Part shown: positions 36,406-49,200 of the stretch, in pieces
How positions within the stretch are numbered: the stretch's first letter is position 1
Layout of the letters: the number at the start of each line of letters is the position of its first letter
Assembly (NCBI GenBank): GCA_054600435.1
Contig: BAAIJX010000013.1
Coordinates: 310,001-374,000, forward strand
Length of the DNA stretch: 64,000 nucleotides
From: Neophaeotheca triangularis
Taxonomy: Eukaryota
Direction of reading: 5' to 3'
The notes under the pieces: model-generated
The model's database searches: none
Told to the model about the DNA's origin: nothing
Seen by the model: the letters and a program-made list of their open reading frames with translations, nothing else
Made by a program: the position numbers and the translations under genes

Positions 36406-37603
36406 CGAATCTTCTCATGAGGAAACTTCCATGTGGGTGCTAGCCGATCGGCGTTCAACTCGGAGTGCTTTGCGGGATGAGCTACGATACGATGTTTACG
36501 ACTTTTCGCGTGTTGTCGCCAGGTGCTTATCACATCCGTAGGCAGTGAATATGCAGAACAAGCGATTTGAAAACCTTCATCTCCAGCAAACTTGAAACAG
36601 ATCCAGTCTTTTCAGTGAGGCTTGATTGCAGTCGCGAAGTTCCGCTCGCATGCAAATGTAGGTCCAGCTCGGTCTCTGCCCTTGTCTTCGGACATGACAA
36701 GACCGACACCTTCTCCCCGTTCTCGCAAATTCGCACCTCTCTTCTGCTACGAACCCTCATACGCCTCAGGCGCCCCGACATAAGCCAGCCGACCTTCGCT
36801 CGCAGGTCCGAGCCGACATGACCAAAGCTCCCTGCTCTACCGTGCGGCGTATTCAAATGGCACAGCCGGATTCTGCCTGGTTGCTCCGGGGCTTTGCGCT
36901 CAGGACAGCGTAGCCCCTGATGCTACGCACACGGGCAAATGGGAACGATCCATTGGCGCCGCGAATGCTCTTTTCTCTTTCTGGCCGACGAGACTGGGGT
37001 CAGTGAGAGCTTTGAAGTCAGGGTTGAGGGATAGTTTGAGGGGTTGGAATTACAGAAGATAGCTTGGGCTTCTCGGTGGTCGATGGGAGCAGAGCTGATT
37101 GAGAGGAGAGCTCTCTCGAAGGGATGAGGGAAGGTCCAGAATGGGGGTTTGAGGACCACTGTTTCCAGCTTGCGGGTGGTGAGAAATACGCCAGGGGCAA
37201 TGAAATCGACTTGAGGTCGTGCCGTCAAAAGGAAAGTCAGTTTGTCTTTCGAGGTTTAGGAATTGCCATGCGTACACCAGGACATCCTCTGCTGCAACTA
37301 TGATAAATCCGCTTCTTACATGAAGATGTTCTTTCTGGACGCGACTCTTTGTTAGGTTCATGCGGGTTCAACCTCACCTATGTAGTTTGTTTCTGAACCT
37401 CACCCATGTAACCTTCTTCTGCACTCTACTAGTTTTTCAACTCTTTAACCTGTCTATATCAAGCGACTCTAACTATCTTGATAAACACAGTATATAGTCA
37501 TCCAGTTCGGACGTCTTCTTGACCAATGACCACGCCATTGCCCTTTCGAAGCCACTTACCGACATCCTCTCCGGCACACTCAAACCACCGCCATACATCC
37601 ACA

Positions 37604-37990
37604 ATGGGTATTCCAATCCACACCAACGCCACAGACATCGCGAACGTCGAAGCTATGGTGAAGCAGCTCTACGGCGCCTTTGCGGCCAAGATGCGTAGAA
37701 CCAGCTTCGACAACAGCCCTTTCGACGACGAGATCGTCGACCAGATCAACAACTCGCTAGAGACCGTCTTGCAACTGGCGGTCTTCATCCTCTCGCAACT
37801 CGTCGCGCGCCATCCCGACCTGGCGCCCAGGACGGACACCTACCGCCAGATCCTGCGTGTGATCGAGGAAAACGAAAAGACCTTTACCAGAGACGCGAGG
37901 ACCGATGGAGGGTTCGAGATGTTGCGAGAATTGTGTCCAGACATTCTGGCTGCCGTCGAAGTCGCTGGCGGAGATGCAGAGTCAGTATAA
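37604..37990 (+). CDS. Hypothetical protein (128 aa)
   Basis: ATG in a good ACAATGG context after a C/A-rich leader; TATATA at about 37491; coding-like C3 bias and amphipathic helical sequence. No family recognised. Confidence 0.55.
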   Translation: MGIPIHTNATDIANVEAMVKQLYGAFAAKMRRTSFDNSPFDDEIVDQINNSLETVLQLAVFILSQLVARHPDLAPRTDTYRQILRVIEENEKTFTRDARTDGGFEMLRELCPDILAAVEVAGGDAESV

Positions 37991-38612
37991 TTGCGTGTCG
38001 ACGGCTTGCACTGGCCGGATTGATGTCTCGTTTGCGAACGCGACTACTTTTGTCGATTGATGCTGACCGAGAGCCCTGGGGTTCGTAGAGTCCGAGGGTC
38101 AAGAGCCACCGATGACAGAGTAGACCTGCTCTCCGGACGACTCGCTATTCTCCTCGGCAGTTGAGCACGCTGCTAAAGGGCTACGAACGCAGCCAGATGC
38201 AGAAAGTCGACACGGCCATATCAGCTGTGAGTTCTATCCGGCTCTGGTGGCTCTTAGCCTTACATTTTGCCCGGTGGTGGTGTCACCAGGTACTTCCTTC
38301 TCAGAAAGTACGATCTCGGCGGGCGTCGACCCTTCTAATGTCTGCGCAACCACGGAGGGATATACGCCAACATCATGTCCAAAGGCGCTGCCTGGACCCT
38401 CATCAGCGTTCTCTAGTGCGAACATACCGCCGAGAGCACGGAGAAGCACCGTATGGAAAGAACTCATTGGGATCCGGAAAGGACCCAAAGATACAAGCGG
38501 GTTAATACATAGCTTGATACACTTTCTTACAAGACCGAGTTTCGTGAACCCTGGAAATCGCCCTTGAAGAACGCCGAAGTCTCATGCCCCTGTGCTTTCT
38601 CGATGTTACAGC

Positions 38613-39274
38613 TCAAAACCTTCTCTCCCTCAAAAAGTTCACAATCTCCTTCTTCAAGTGCCCCTTGACAATGATATGCCCATTTAGCCCATTAATAATA
38701 CAATTCTTATCCTCCAATCCCAGCGCCATCCTCAACTCATCCCTCAAGACCTCCCTCCTCCCGTCAATCTTCCTCACAATCGTCTGATGCAGGTTTCCTC
38801 CCCGCTTACGGTCGGTGTACACTGGCAACTCTCGGCCTCCCGTTCTTGTGACAAAGTAGGGTAGGTTCGGCGCGCTCATTGCTTCCGGCAGAGGTTCGAT
38901 GGGCTCGGGGATAATGCGCGCGGTTGTTGCGGGGGTATGCGAGGGCTGACGGGTGGGGTAAGGGCGCTGTTTCGGGGGGAGAGCTGCTCGGTGCGAGGCG
39001 CGCGATTCTTTTGGGCGGGGGAGGGACTTCATCGAGTGTGGTGGATAGGTTGCTGGAGCTGTTCTAGAGGCTGCGAGGTTGGGGTCTTGAGGGGGAGGAT
39101 TAGCTGTACTCTTTCAGTCATAATGTCTGGCTGCTCTCTACCTTCTGCTGCTGTCGCTACTGCTTCTGCGCGACATTTTGTGCTGGTGGAGAAGCGGAGG
39201 AAGTGTCGTACTGTTGCTGGTTTTGGAAGGGCTCTTGGACGGAGGAACGACATGACTGGGGTGGGAGCAGCCAT
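38613..39274 (-). CDS. IMG2: Mitochondrial ribosomal protein L49 (Img2)
   Basis: Arg/Ser/Thr-rich presequence in exon 39274-39142. Intron runs from 39141 to 39086 or 39071 (both in frame). C-terminal LPYFVTRTGGRELPVYTDRKRGGN..TIVRKIDG..GHIIVKGH..FLRERRF. Confidence 0.9.
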
Positions 39275-39371
39275 TGTGGTCGTGTGAACTGGTCTCTCGC
39301 GGCTATCTGTGATTTATCTTCAGGCGTGAACAGGAGATGAAGTTGGCCGGGAGAAGTCCGACGCCGATACC

Positions 39372-39386
39372 TTAGGGTAAGGGTTA
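39372..39386. promoter_or_regulatory. Telomere-repeat-like (Tbf1-type) motif in the MRPL49/eIF3e divergent promoter
   Basis: TTAGGGTAAGGGTTA sits mid-way in a 205-bp head-to-head intergenic gap. Factor identity is inferred. Confidence 0.4.
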
Positions 39387-39479
39387 CCGAACTTTTGCTC
39401 GCACAGTCGCAAATCGGGCACAGCCAAGCGCAACTTCACGTCGTCGACCTCCAGTACCAAAACACACCCACCACCCAAC

Positions 39480-40917
39480 ATGGCAACCTCCCAACCACCG
39501 AGTGCAGGCGATATGCTTGATGGCGCCAGGAAGAATGAGACCACCGTGTCGCAAGATGTGGCCCAGGAGCACTCTCTGCTCCCCAAAATGATCCCGCATC
39601 TTGACCGTCACCTAGTTTTTCCCTTGCTCAACTTCCTGGAGGAGGAGACCCCCGAGGATGAAGACACGACCGACATTACGCAGATGAAATATGCGCTACT
39701 GAAGGAGACCAACATGTCGGACTTTGTGGGAGATCTCTACGCACAGCTGAATAACCTCCAAGATCGGCCGCAAGAGTACACCAAAAAGCGCGAGGAGGTT
39801 TTGGAGAAGCGTGCAAAATACGAGGAGGACACGGAGAAGATCCAGAGCCTGCTTTCGACTGAGGATGTCATCAACAACCTGCGCTCGGACAAGGAGAGCA
39901 ACATGAAGTACTTGAAGGAAAACCACGGCGTCACAGAGGAGATGGTCGACCAGCTTTACTTTTTCGGCCAATTTCAGTACTCATGCGGCGATTACGGCGC
40001 TGCTTCCGAGCTCTTGTACCAATTCCGCATTCTCAGCACCGACAACGACAAGGTCAACGCTGCAACCTGGGGCAAGATGGCCGGCGACATCCTGACTACG
40101 AACTGGGAGAGCGCTATGGAGGAAGTCCAAAAGTTGCGGGAAAGCATCGACACGAGACTGTTCAACAACCCTCTGGCGCAGCTGCAGCACCGCACATGGC
40201 TGATCCACTGGTCGCTCTTCCCCTTCTTCAACCATGAGCCCGCACGTGAGACCCTCACCGAGCTCTTCTTCTCTCCCGCCTACATCAACACCATCCAAAC
40301 AGCCTGCCCGTGGATCCTCAGATATCTTGCAGCCGCTGTCATCACCAACCGCAACAGGCCCGGTGGAAAGGCGAACTTCTTGTACGGCAACTACCAGAAG
40401 CAGCTCAAAGACCTCGTGCGCATCGTCAGGCAGGAGGGATACGAGTACAACGACCCGGTCACACAATTCGTCAAGGCGCTGTACATCGATTTCGACTTTG
40501 AGGAGGCACAGAAGCGTCTCAGTGAGGCAGATCAGATTCTGCGCTCCGACTTTTTCCTCGTCGCTGCGAGCGAGAACTTCCTCGACGCTGCGAGACATCT
40601 CATCTCCGAGTCATACTGCAAGATTCACCAGAGGATTGACATCAAGTAAGCTCAACTTTTACTTCACACACTAGCAAGCAGTCGCTAACGACGATCTTCA
40701 CAGGGACCTTTCCACCCGTCTCGGTCTCTCCGAAGACGAGGGCGAGAAATGGATTGTCAACCTCATCCGCGACACCCGGGTTGATGCCAAGATCGACTAC
40801 AAGGCCGGCACCGTCATCATGAACCACCCTCCCGTTAACGTCTACCAGCAAGTGATTGAGAGGACGAAAGGCGGCTTCTTCAGGACCCAGGTGCTCAGCT
40901 CAGCTGTTGCCAAATAG
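39480..40917 (+). CDS. INT6: Translation initiation factor 3 subunit E (Int6)
   Basis: Exons 39480-40645 and 40704-40917. [58 protein letters not shown] and [18 protein letters not shown]. Confidence 0.96.
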
Positions 40918-43761
40918 AAAGAAGAAATCCATGAATCGAAACATTGAAAAGACGAATGGAGACGAGGGGCTTGTCAAGTGCAAAGAAGGTATGGATGGCA
41001 TCACGGCTGTTTTGACGGCAAATGGCTGAGGTCGACGGCATAGCAATGGCGCTTTGGCGTTGGGTGACTCTAGATAGCAGAGTCTGAAAGCCTTTTTCCA
41101 CGTGCCCGGGGTGGAGGCTCTGTTGAGGGCGTGTTTGTGCACGGAAAGGTGTCGAATTGCTTAGATCCTAGGATGAGATTACGATGAAGCAATCAACAAT
41201 CCCATCCACCTCGAGTCGTTGTTACATTGAAGGTTTACGGAGGGTCGTGCCGTGCTTACCACGGCGAACAGTTAAGAAGCTGGTCGCGACAAGACAACCA
41301 CGCGTTCCTCCAATTGCACCAACAGAAAAGGGGGATTTCTCAGCAATTTCCCATTGCTACTTAGGTAGTTTGGCTTCTCGTTCTGTCATCGGACCGTGAA
41401 ATATTGCTCGTCTACCACAAACCCTTTCCGCACAAATCCCATGGTTGAGATTGAACAACTATATTCCAGCCTTCCGATCTATTCAACAAGCCAGTCCCTT
41501 GTTCAACGCCCGCCTCACAGAACCCCAGCAAACATGTTCCCGGCAAATTTTCCCAGCATCCCTCGCATCGAGAAACGTGAGCCAGAGCGTTGCCAAAAAC
41601 ACCCCGCTAGCCAGGCGACTTCAAGCCGACCTGCACCCACATCAGAACTCTTTCATCAACCCTCAAAAAAGCCTTCACCCAGCAAAAGCAACGCCCACAA
41701 AACCACAAAACCACAAAATTAAGAACCCCCTAACCGGCCCAGCCCCCAATCCCACAGCCAAACAAATCAAAACCCTGAACACAGCAGCGGCTGACAAAAC
41801 GCAGAAAGGCAAAGTTTCCACCCCCTCGGGCCCAAACCACCCCGCCAACACCACTAGTAGGTAAAGCTGCAAACCGCCGGGCCCTCTCGATCACCCCCCT
41901 CCCTTGCCCCCGGGTCTCCCGCGCAATTCCAAAACTGCGATGCAGAAAAGCCCTCCGTCCCCGGCGACCGCGCCGTCGGTACCAGGACGGGATGCCCAGG
42001 ACGACCTAGCAGGCGCTCTATAAGGGAGGGCGGTGGGCGGGCGGGCGGGCACGGGTGAACAGAGAGAGCGCGTGCGAGCCTACCTATCTGGTTTGAAAAC
42101 TCACCCGTCACCACTTTTCCCACGCCCGTCACTACTGATAAACTGTGACGGGGACACGACGGGAGAAAGGCCCAAGCAGACCAGCGAGCGAGCGGAGACC
42201 GCGAGCCGCCGTCGCCGCCGTCGCCGCTGTCACTGTCACCAATCGTGAACCCACAAGTGCCTGCGCTTGCGGTCCGCCCGTCGTGCCATGTTTACAGTCT
42301 GCTCTCGGTGGTCGTGATCCAGCCTTGCCCCGGGCGTAATGCAAACCGTTTCCTGCCTCGCAAATGAACGAGACCGACAGGCTACGGCAACGCTTACGCG
42401 ACCTACAGCGCTGGTACACGACGGATGAAGACGGGCACGCACGCGCGCGGCGCAGAGGCACGAGCTGTCTCTCCATCCGAGGGGAGCGGGGGGGGAAAAA
42501 AAAGGCCAGGCACTGTCGGTTACAGGCGTCGCTTGGCCGAGGGTTTCCGACTTGCAAACGTCCCCCCGTCGCCACTCGCGAAACCCGGTTGCCCATCTGA
42601 TAACGAAGACGTGCAGGTCTAGTTTTATTAGGCTACGGAACTGGGTTGCAGGCGAGTTGTTGGGGCTGGTTCTAGAATCGAGATATCTGGGAAGGGAAGG
42701 GAAGGACGGAGCAGAAGAGGGACGTTTACGGGGCTGCGAGGGTCTTGGGGTGGGTGGCTTCTGTGATGTGATGTGATGTGTCGAAGTGTGTTTGCTAGTA
42801 CTAGGTAGGTAGTTACTACTGTACGTGTGGAGCGGAGCAGTGAGAGAGGTGGAAGCGCTGTTCCTTTGCTAGCGGGGGTTTCTTTTTGTGGAATCGGATT
42901 CTGGCTTTTTGGCTTCCTGCAGCAGCTCCGTGGTTGGGTTGGTAGGGGCGGGAACTCTGGAGGTGAGGGGATAGGTTCGGTTAGTTTGAAAAGAGTTTTG
43001 GAGATGTTGCCGGGATAAGTTTGGAATTGTTGACACTCTTTCTCATCGTCAATTCCAAACTCGAGAGAAGGCAGATTCGATCAAATCAGAGCGAAGATGA
43101 TGGATATATTGCTAATTCTCTCAAACGACTAAAATAGAGTCTGCGATTAAAAACAAGCGCGTGAAGCTTTTGCTCCAAATTTCCATGCCCAGAGAGTGAT
43201 GTTTTACTCTCAAAAGTCTCCTTGTTACATTCCCGAATTACGCCTCCCTGACTTTGATTCTCTCCCTTTCCCTTTGCTCCTGTAACTGAACAACAAAGAA
43301 AGAAAACAAAAGTCAGGGGTATCTAGCGACCGTACCACCAATCCGAACAGAACGCCAAAAACAGATATTCGTATGCTTGTGGTTCGTTAATGTCGTAGCC
43401 GACAGATCTAATGGTGACTGCCGGTCTTTTGCAAGATCGCTTTGCTCGGATCAAAAGGATCCAAGGCTAGCCTTGATTCGAGCAATTGCTCGTGGAGGAA
43501 AGAGAGCAATTTTGTAAAGTACAGTGCAAAAAAGCTGGCGTATACGTCGTCCTGGCCCCAAGGTGGCTGACGCCATGCTACTGTCGACGTCCAATGCAAA
43601 GCAAGGCAGTGAATCCCGCGGTGGGTTCAGCGGTGTAGCGTCTCGAGACTGAGTTGTCTGGAGCAAGTTTTTTGCTGCTACACTACCGCAAGACCGCAAG
43701 TAGGCTGCCAGATGGTCTCTGACGATGATCATGTAGTAGCCTGTCCGGCTGTCTAGCGCCC

Positions 43762-45203
43762 TTACGCAAGAGACTGCTCGGGGAAAAAGTTGATCATGTC
43801 TCCCCAGTCGCCATCTGTGCCGAGCGGAGTCAGCTCACCGCTGTTACCGCCGCTGGGCATCTTAAATGGATCCGTGGAAAAGGCAGGGTTGAACATGTCA
43901 GCATCGAAGTTGTTGCTGAACATGGACGGCGCAAATGATGCGGACGGGTCGTAATTAGACGCGTTGTTGCCCGAGTCGAGCGCTGAAGGTGCAAGAGTCT
44001 GGTTCATTCCCTTAAACTCCTGCGATGGCTCGTCGGTGGGCGAAGCATTGTTGCTGCTGTTGCTACCACTGCCCTTTCTGCGACCATTGGGATTGTAGCT
44101 GTAGAATGGCTGGGCTGGCTTAGTCGCAAACTGATTGGGCATCATCATCGCATCCCACGTGTTTGTGAAGCCTGAGCCGCCGAGGAGCTGCTGGGACTCC
44201 ATAGGCAACTGCATCGACAGAGGGTTGAATTGGTTGCTCATATCTTGGCTGTACTGGGAGGAGGTATTGGAAGGCGACGGGAAGGCAGGCGTGCGAGACA
44301 ACGGCGCAGACTGCTGTTGAGGCGATTGCCTTGACAGTCCGTTCTGGGCAGGGAGGTTGCTAGACGACGAATTGCGCGACAGGGCAGGCGACACGTGCTG
44401 TGGTGAAGTGGATTGTGCACGGCCGGTCTGCGGCTGAGGTGTCTGAGGGACGGCAGTGCTGACGGGCACTGACATGCGACGCTCGTCGATCTTCGACTCA
44501 ACGGGGCTTGTCTGCTGGGACTGCGAACCTTGCCTTTGGAAGTTGGGATCTTGTGGAGTTGCAATAGACATTGAACGGCCGTGCCAGTTGGACTTCGCGT
44601 TGCCTGGGGTGGGGTAAGGCGACTGCCTGTGGCTTGTCGAGTTCCGGTGCATCATCTGAGGTGGTAGCATCGAGTTGGAGCCATAATTCGCCATGCCTTG
44701 CTGCTGTTGCTGTTGTTGTTGCTGCTGTGGCTGCATGAATTGCGAAGGGTTCATGAACTGCTGCCCTTGCTGCCATTGATCAGTCACGGCGTTGCCGAGT
44801 GCTGTCCTCATGGCAACATGGTTGGTGAGGTACGCGGCCAGTCTCCGGTCAAAGTCGGCATTCTGGGTTTGAAGGTGGGCAGTCAACCTTCGGTACTGCA
44901 TGGGCAGGTCGTCGTCTTCTTCTTCGTACATCTCTTCGTTGACAACATCCTCTTCGCGTACGCGGAGCGATCGTCCGGTTCTACGCTTGTGAATCTCTGA
45001 TGCTCGTCGAGCAGACTCCACACGGGCTTCGAGCGATCTGTCACTGCGACGAGAGGCAGCAATGTATGCTCTGCAAGAGAGTCAGCAAGACTGCACCAAT
45101 AAGAGTGAGCAATTGCTCGAACGCCTTACCTCTCTTGGTTCTCTTCGTGAGTCCTCTCGGTCTTGACGGGCTTAGCAGCCGGCATGGTGCGAACAGGAGG
45201 CAT
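43762..45203 (-). CDS. Conserved uncharacterised fungal protein: basic N-terminal domain plus Q/S/P-rich tail
   Basis: Exons 45203-45130 and 45070-43762, intron 45129-45071 (GTAAGG..CTGAC..CAG). Reads RTHEENQERAYIAASRRSDRSLEARVESARRASEIHKRRTGRSLRV...EEMYEEEDDDLP. Confidence 0.85.
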
Positions 45204-46185
45204 GGTGTAGTGAATGCGGAAAAAGTAGATGTAGCTGACAACGAGGATTCAAGTGGTGGATATGCTAGCTGGTGCTGAGCAAACACGGGTGATAAGGACC
45301 TTTTGCGATTGGCTGGAGCAGTCTTCGGGCTGGAACGAGCACGGGTGTTGGAGCCGTGTCCGAGAAGTACCGGTAGATCAGGATGGTTCAGGACGGTTCA
45401 AACGTCGAGGTCGAAAGAGAGTCTCGATGTAACAAAAGGCTCAATCAAGGTGTCCAGACAGGCGATGCTGGGGTGTAAGCAAAGCGGTGCGGGGGAGCTT
45501 CGACGTGGGTGGCGAGAAACGGGAAAGTGGTTCGATGCAATGCGCGCGGGTCGGGTATCGAGGAGAGATGGAGATGGATATCAGGGCAAATTGGAGTTGT
45601 ACCTCGAATTTGTCTAATAACAAATTGAATGTTATGAGGGGTCTGCGACGTGGTGTTGGGTAGACAGATTGCGACGAAGGAGAAGAAGAAGAGAAGGAAG
45701 GAGAAACAATGAAGGCTGGGAGAGGGTTGTTAAGAGGTGCGAGCGAATGCGCCGATCGTCCAGAGTGGGCCTGCAATGGAATAACAATATCTCCTAATAA
45801 TGCGGGCGCTCGCTAGCATCGGGAATATTGCTAAGGCCCAGCGCAGCAAGACAGACGCAAAGCTACGTAGTAACGTAGGTACATCACGTAGGTCTAGGTA
45901 GATGGCATGGCGTGGTCCGCAGGGGGGGGAGAGGGGGGGTTGACGCCGGACGGGTCGTGGTCGTGGAACGGGAGAGCTTGTTCAGCCCGAAAGAGGAAGG
46001 TGATAAGAAAATGGCCAAAGTCTATTGGCGCCGCCGTGGCCCAGCGATCGACCCCAGCCGAGATGTATTCTTCCTAGCGCCCACTGAGTCCGATTTCACT
46101 CATGCCAATCAGATGAGACGGGTGGCGGCATGTGCTGCGGCATGCCAGCAGCGAGCAGCGAGCAGCGAGGAACCAGGGTGCGGTG

Positions 46186-46211
46186 CGAGAGAGAGAGAGA
46201 GAGAGAGAGAG
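46186..46211 (+). repeat. (GA)n microsatellite
   Basis: gagagagagagagagagagagagag read directly. Confidence 0.9.
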
Positions 46212-49200
46212 GAGGGCGCAGCACTCGGAATCGACACCTTCCGATCTCTGTTGTCTTCTCTGTCTCCCTGTCTCTCTGTCTCTCTGCCCTCTCACGACCG
46301 TGCCGCTTCCTTTACCTTTTCTTCCTCGCTGTGCTCACTCACTACTACTGTCTTGTGCAAGGGCGGGCTACTAGGTCTACAGCAGCCCCCGTGTCTGACC
46401 TACACTTCGGCATGTATCGCCATGTCTTATCAGTCTGCACTACTAACCAGTCAAAACTCCCATTGGCACCACCGTTGAAAATTGTCGTAAATGGCGCACC
46501 TCAGGCTGCAGCGGCGGTTTGTGGATGCCGCACGGGACTGCAGAAGAAATACAAATCGCGAGCTGCAAGCCTGGGAGCTAGCCGTCATGCCGTTCCACCC
46601 AATCTCGCCGCCGTTGAGATTTATCTTACCCACATGGTCCACACATTACCATCTCCCGCTTTTAGATTTGCTTGCACGACCCTTTTGGAGACTGTGCAAT
46701 CTTTGCTTAATTCCGTGCGGGAAACTCGGTCTCGTCTCCACCGCGGTTTCGTCGCTTCCACTGGGCAAAAGAGACCGGAGATAATAGCACTATCGCGCAA
46801 AAAAGGCAGCAATCCGGGCGCGTTTCCAACTGCCAACTCCGCTTGCAAGCGACCATTGTGTCCCGCGTTTTCGCGGGAGAGGCCAGTAGCGATTGGCTGA
46901 TCGCGCATCTAGTACCTAGGTACTTTCATCTGCCGCAAAACTCTGCAGTCGGAGCCACAAATAGCTAGCGCGATCGAGGGCCAAGCCTCGCGTATCTCAG
47001 ATGCGTCCCCTAGACGGGCGCCTCCTCCACACTTGGTCTGCACTGCATTCTCCGTCTCAGATTGAATGCCATCGGAACAAACGGTCGCCCCCTGCGGCTT
47101 TGAAGATCGAGGAGCCAGGCCCGGCGCCATGGCGTCTCTTGGTGACACACGTTAAGGTATTGGGGTCGGCATCGACACCAAGACAGAGAGCAAGGAGTCC
47201 CGATTCTCTCGCGAGCTCGGAAGCTCGCTTGGACTACCCTGGACGGTACCTAGTAGTACGAGGGGGTGAACTTGCAGCTCGCCAATCCTTTTCCCCTCTC
47301 TTCGACGCGCAGGCCCAGAAATTTGCCTTTTCACAGGCACTTCGCTTCTACTACTTCACCCTGCCATCTAGCCCTTTCTCTTGGAGAGGTGCGGAGCTCT
47401 TACGTGACAAGCAAGCTGATTGCTTTCCGAGAGCGTGAGCGTTGCGTAGGTAAGGCCGGCATAGGGCCCAGCGGGTACGAGGCAAAAATACTGCGAGCAA
47501 CTCCTAACCACCCTGCTGCCGCTTACTACCGCCGAGAGTGATCTGCTTTGCAAGCTTTGCGCAAAGGCGGCTCGTGTGTACGTCGCGGCTTCAGGTTGTG
47601 TTGATCGGACACGCGTCTGCGCCACGAGGAGGCTCGTGAATCTCGAGAACGAATTTGTTGCCAACACATGAGGATTGATCAAGATCTTGGTTCCGATTTT
47701 GCGAAGCTTCTAGGACAGCGTACGGGTCTTGACTTGGACGAGGTAGTAGTCGGGCAGTAGTAGCATCGATTCGTGCACCTGGGCTGTCGAAAATACTCAC
47801 TCAATGGATCCAACAATCATGTCCCTGTAAGCCGTAGGAGAAATGACACACTGTTCGGAAGAAACAGGCATTCCTGCTCTACCCAACGACTGGCTATCGG
47901 GAGATCGCGCCCAGGCTGAAAAAGCGAGATAGAGTGCGGGTCTCCAAAACTTACACCGGTGCGGAGTGAGATTGTGAGAAGCGATTGGCTTTTCACAAGC
48001 CGTTGCATCTCGTCCAGTTACTGATGGGAGCCACCGCGTCGCCTGCCATTATCGCACATCCTGAGCTGCCCTATGCGCTGCGCTGTACCTTGCCTCGTGG
48101 GCATGCGATGTCATTGCACTGGGTAAAATTTGAACCGAGGCGGCAGCTCGCTGTCGAGGTCTGGTACTCCCTCGTGAAAGAGTTTGCGTCCGATTTGAAA
48201 ATGTCCGAGCTGCAGAGCAGAGCCAGGGAAAAACGTCCGTCGGAGTTTTGAGCTTGCTTTTCATGCAGCTGCCCGATTTACTCAAGCCACTGGGCTCTAT
48301 CTAAAGGGGAGCCCTGGAGCTTATAGGCTGATGCTGAGTGAGATCAAAGCCGGCATGTACTACTTGTCCGTGACTTTCATTCATTACCCAGGTAGCTGAC
48401 AGGGTTGTGGGATTGCTTTTCGGCAGTGCCTGCGCTGCCCTGATGCTCGATGATAAAGTCGCAAGCAGCGGTGTACAGTAAGTAACCTAGGTATCACTCC
48501 GCCGTTAGCGTTGAGACGACACATTGCGACTAACGAGCGATAGACGAGCTGCGATCAGCCGATAGCGCCCAAAGCGATCCTCAAGCCAGGGCACTAATAT
48601 TTTCGCGGCCATCGAAATCGAGTGTGAATTCCAAAATCCCATTACCAAGTTGCGTCCGGAAATACGCACGTACAGCAACAAAACCGCGGTAAGTGGCGTC
48701 AAAGCCGTTGTAACTTGTGGTAGTCAACCGCAGTTGGCAGAATTGTCACTCGGTGCCTGGAGAATGGAGATGTAGGGTGGTCTGGCTGACGGGAGGCCCA
48801 TTTCGCTGTTCAACGTCAAGCGCCACCAACGTAAGAATTCGTACAGCGTGCCAAGGTTCGTTGATTAGGGTGGAGGCAGTGCTGAGGTAGTTACCGTGTG
48901 ATCGTTATCAATTTTCGCGACGATCTGATCTTGTCGACGGCTGATGGTGGTGTTGCAGATCGAAGAGTTCAGAAGTCGATGAGTACCAAGCATTACCTAG
49001 GTACTGCTTTACTGTTGATCGAGGTCTGCACCGCCCCGTCTTCGCGTACTCAGACACCTGGACGCGAGCATTATGGTTATTACTACCTAGGTATACGGTG
49101 GTGCCCCCCGCTCCAGGCCGCGCAGTTCGAACACGGACAGCAGAGATAAGACAAACCTCTCCTTCCCCTGGCCAACTCTTCTACTCTTCGCGTCCAACGC

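Noticed and set aside
36530..37361. Possible minus-strand gene divergent from the 128-aa hypothetical
   Set aside because: Short ORFs in different frames could not be joined with convincing splice sites.
41650..43060. Calling this region or 55.3-56.3 kb telomerase RNA
   Set aside because: No TAACCCTAA-type template on the inferred transcribed strand; both are left as unidentified candidates.
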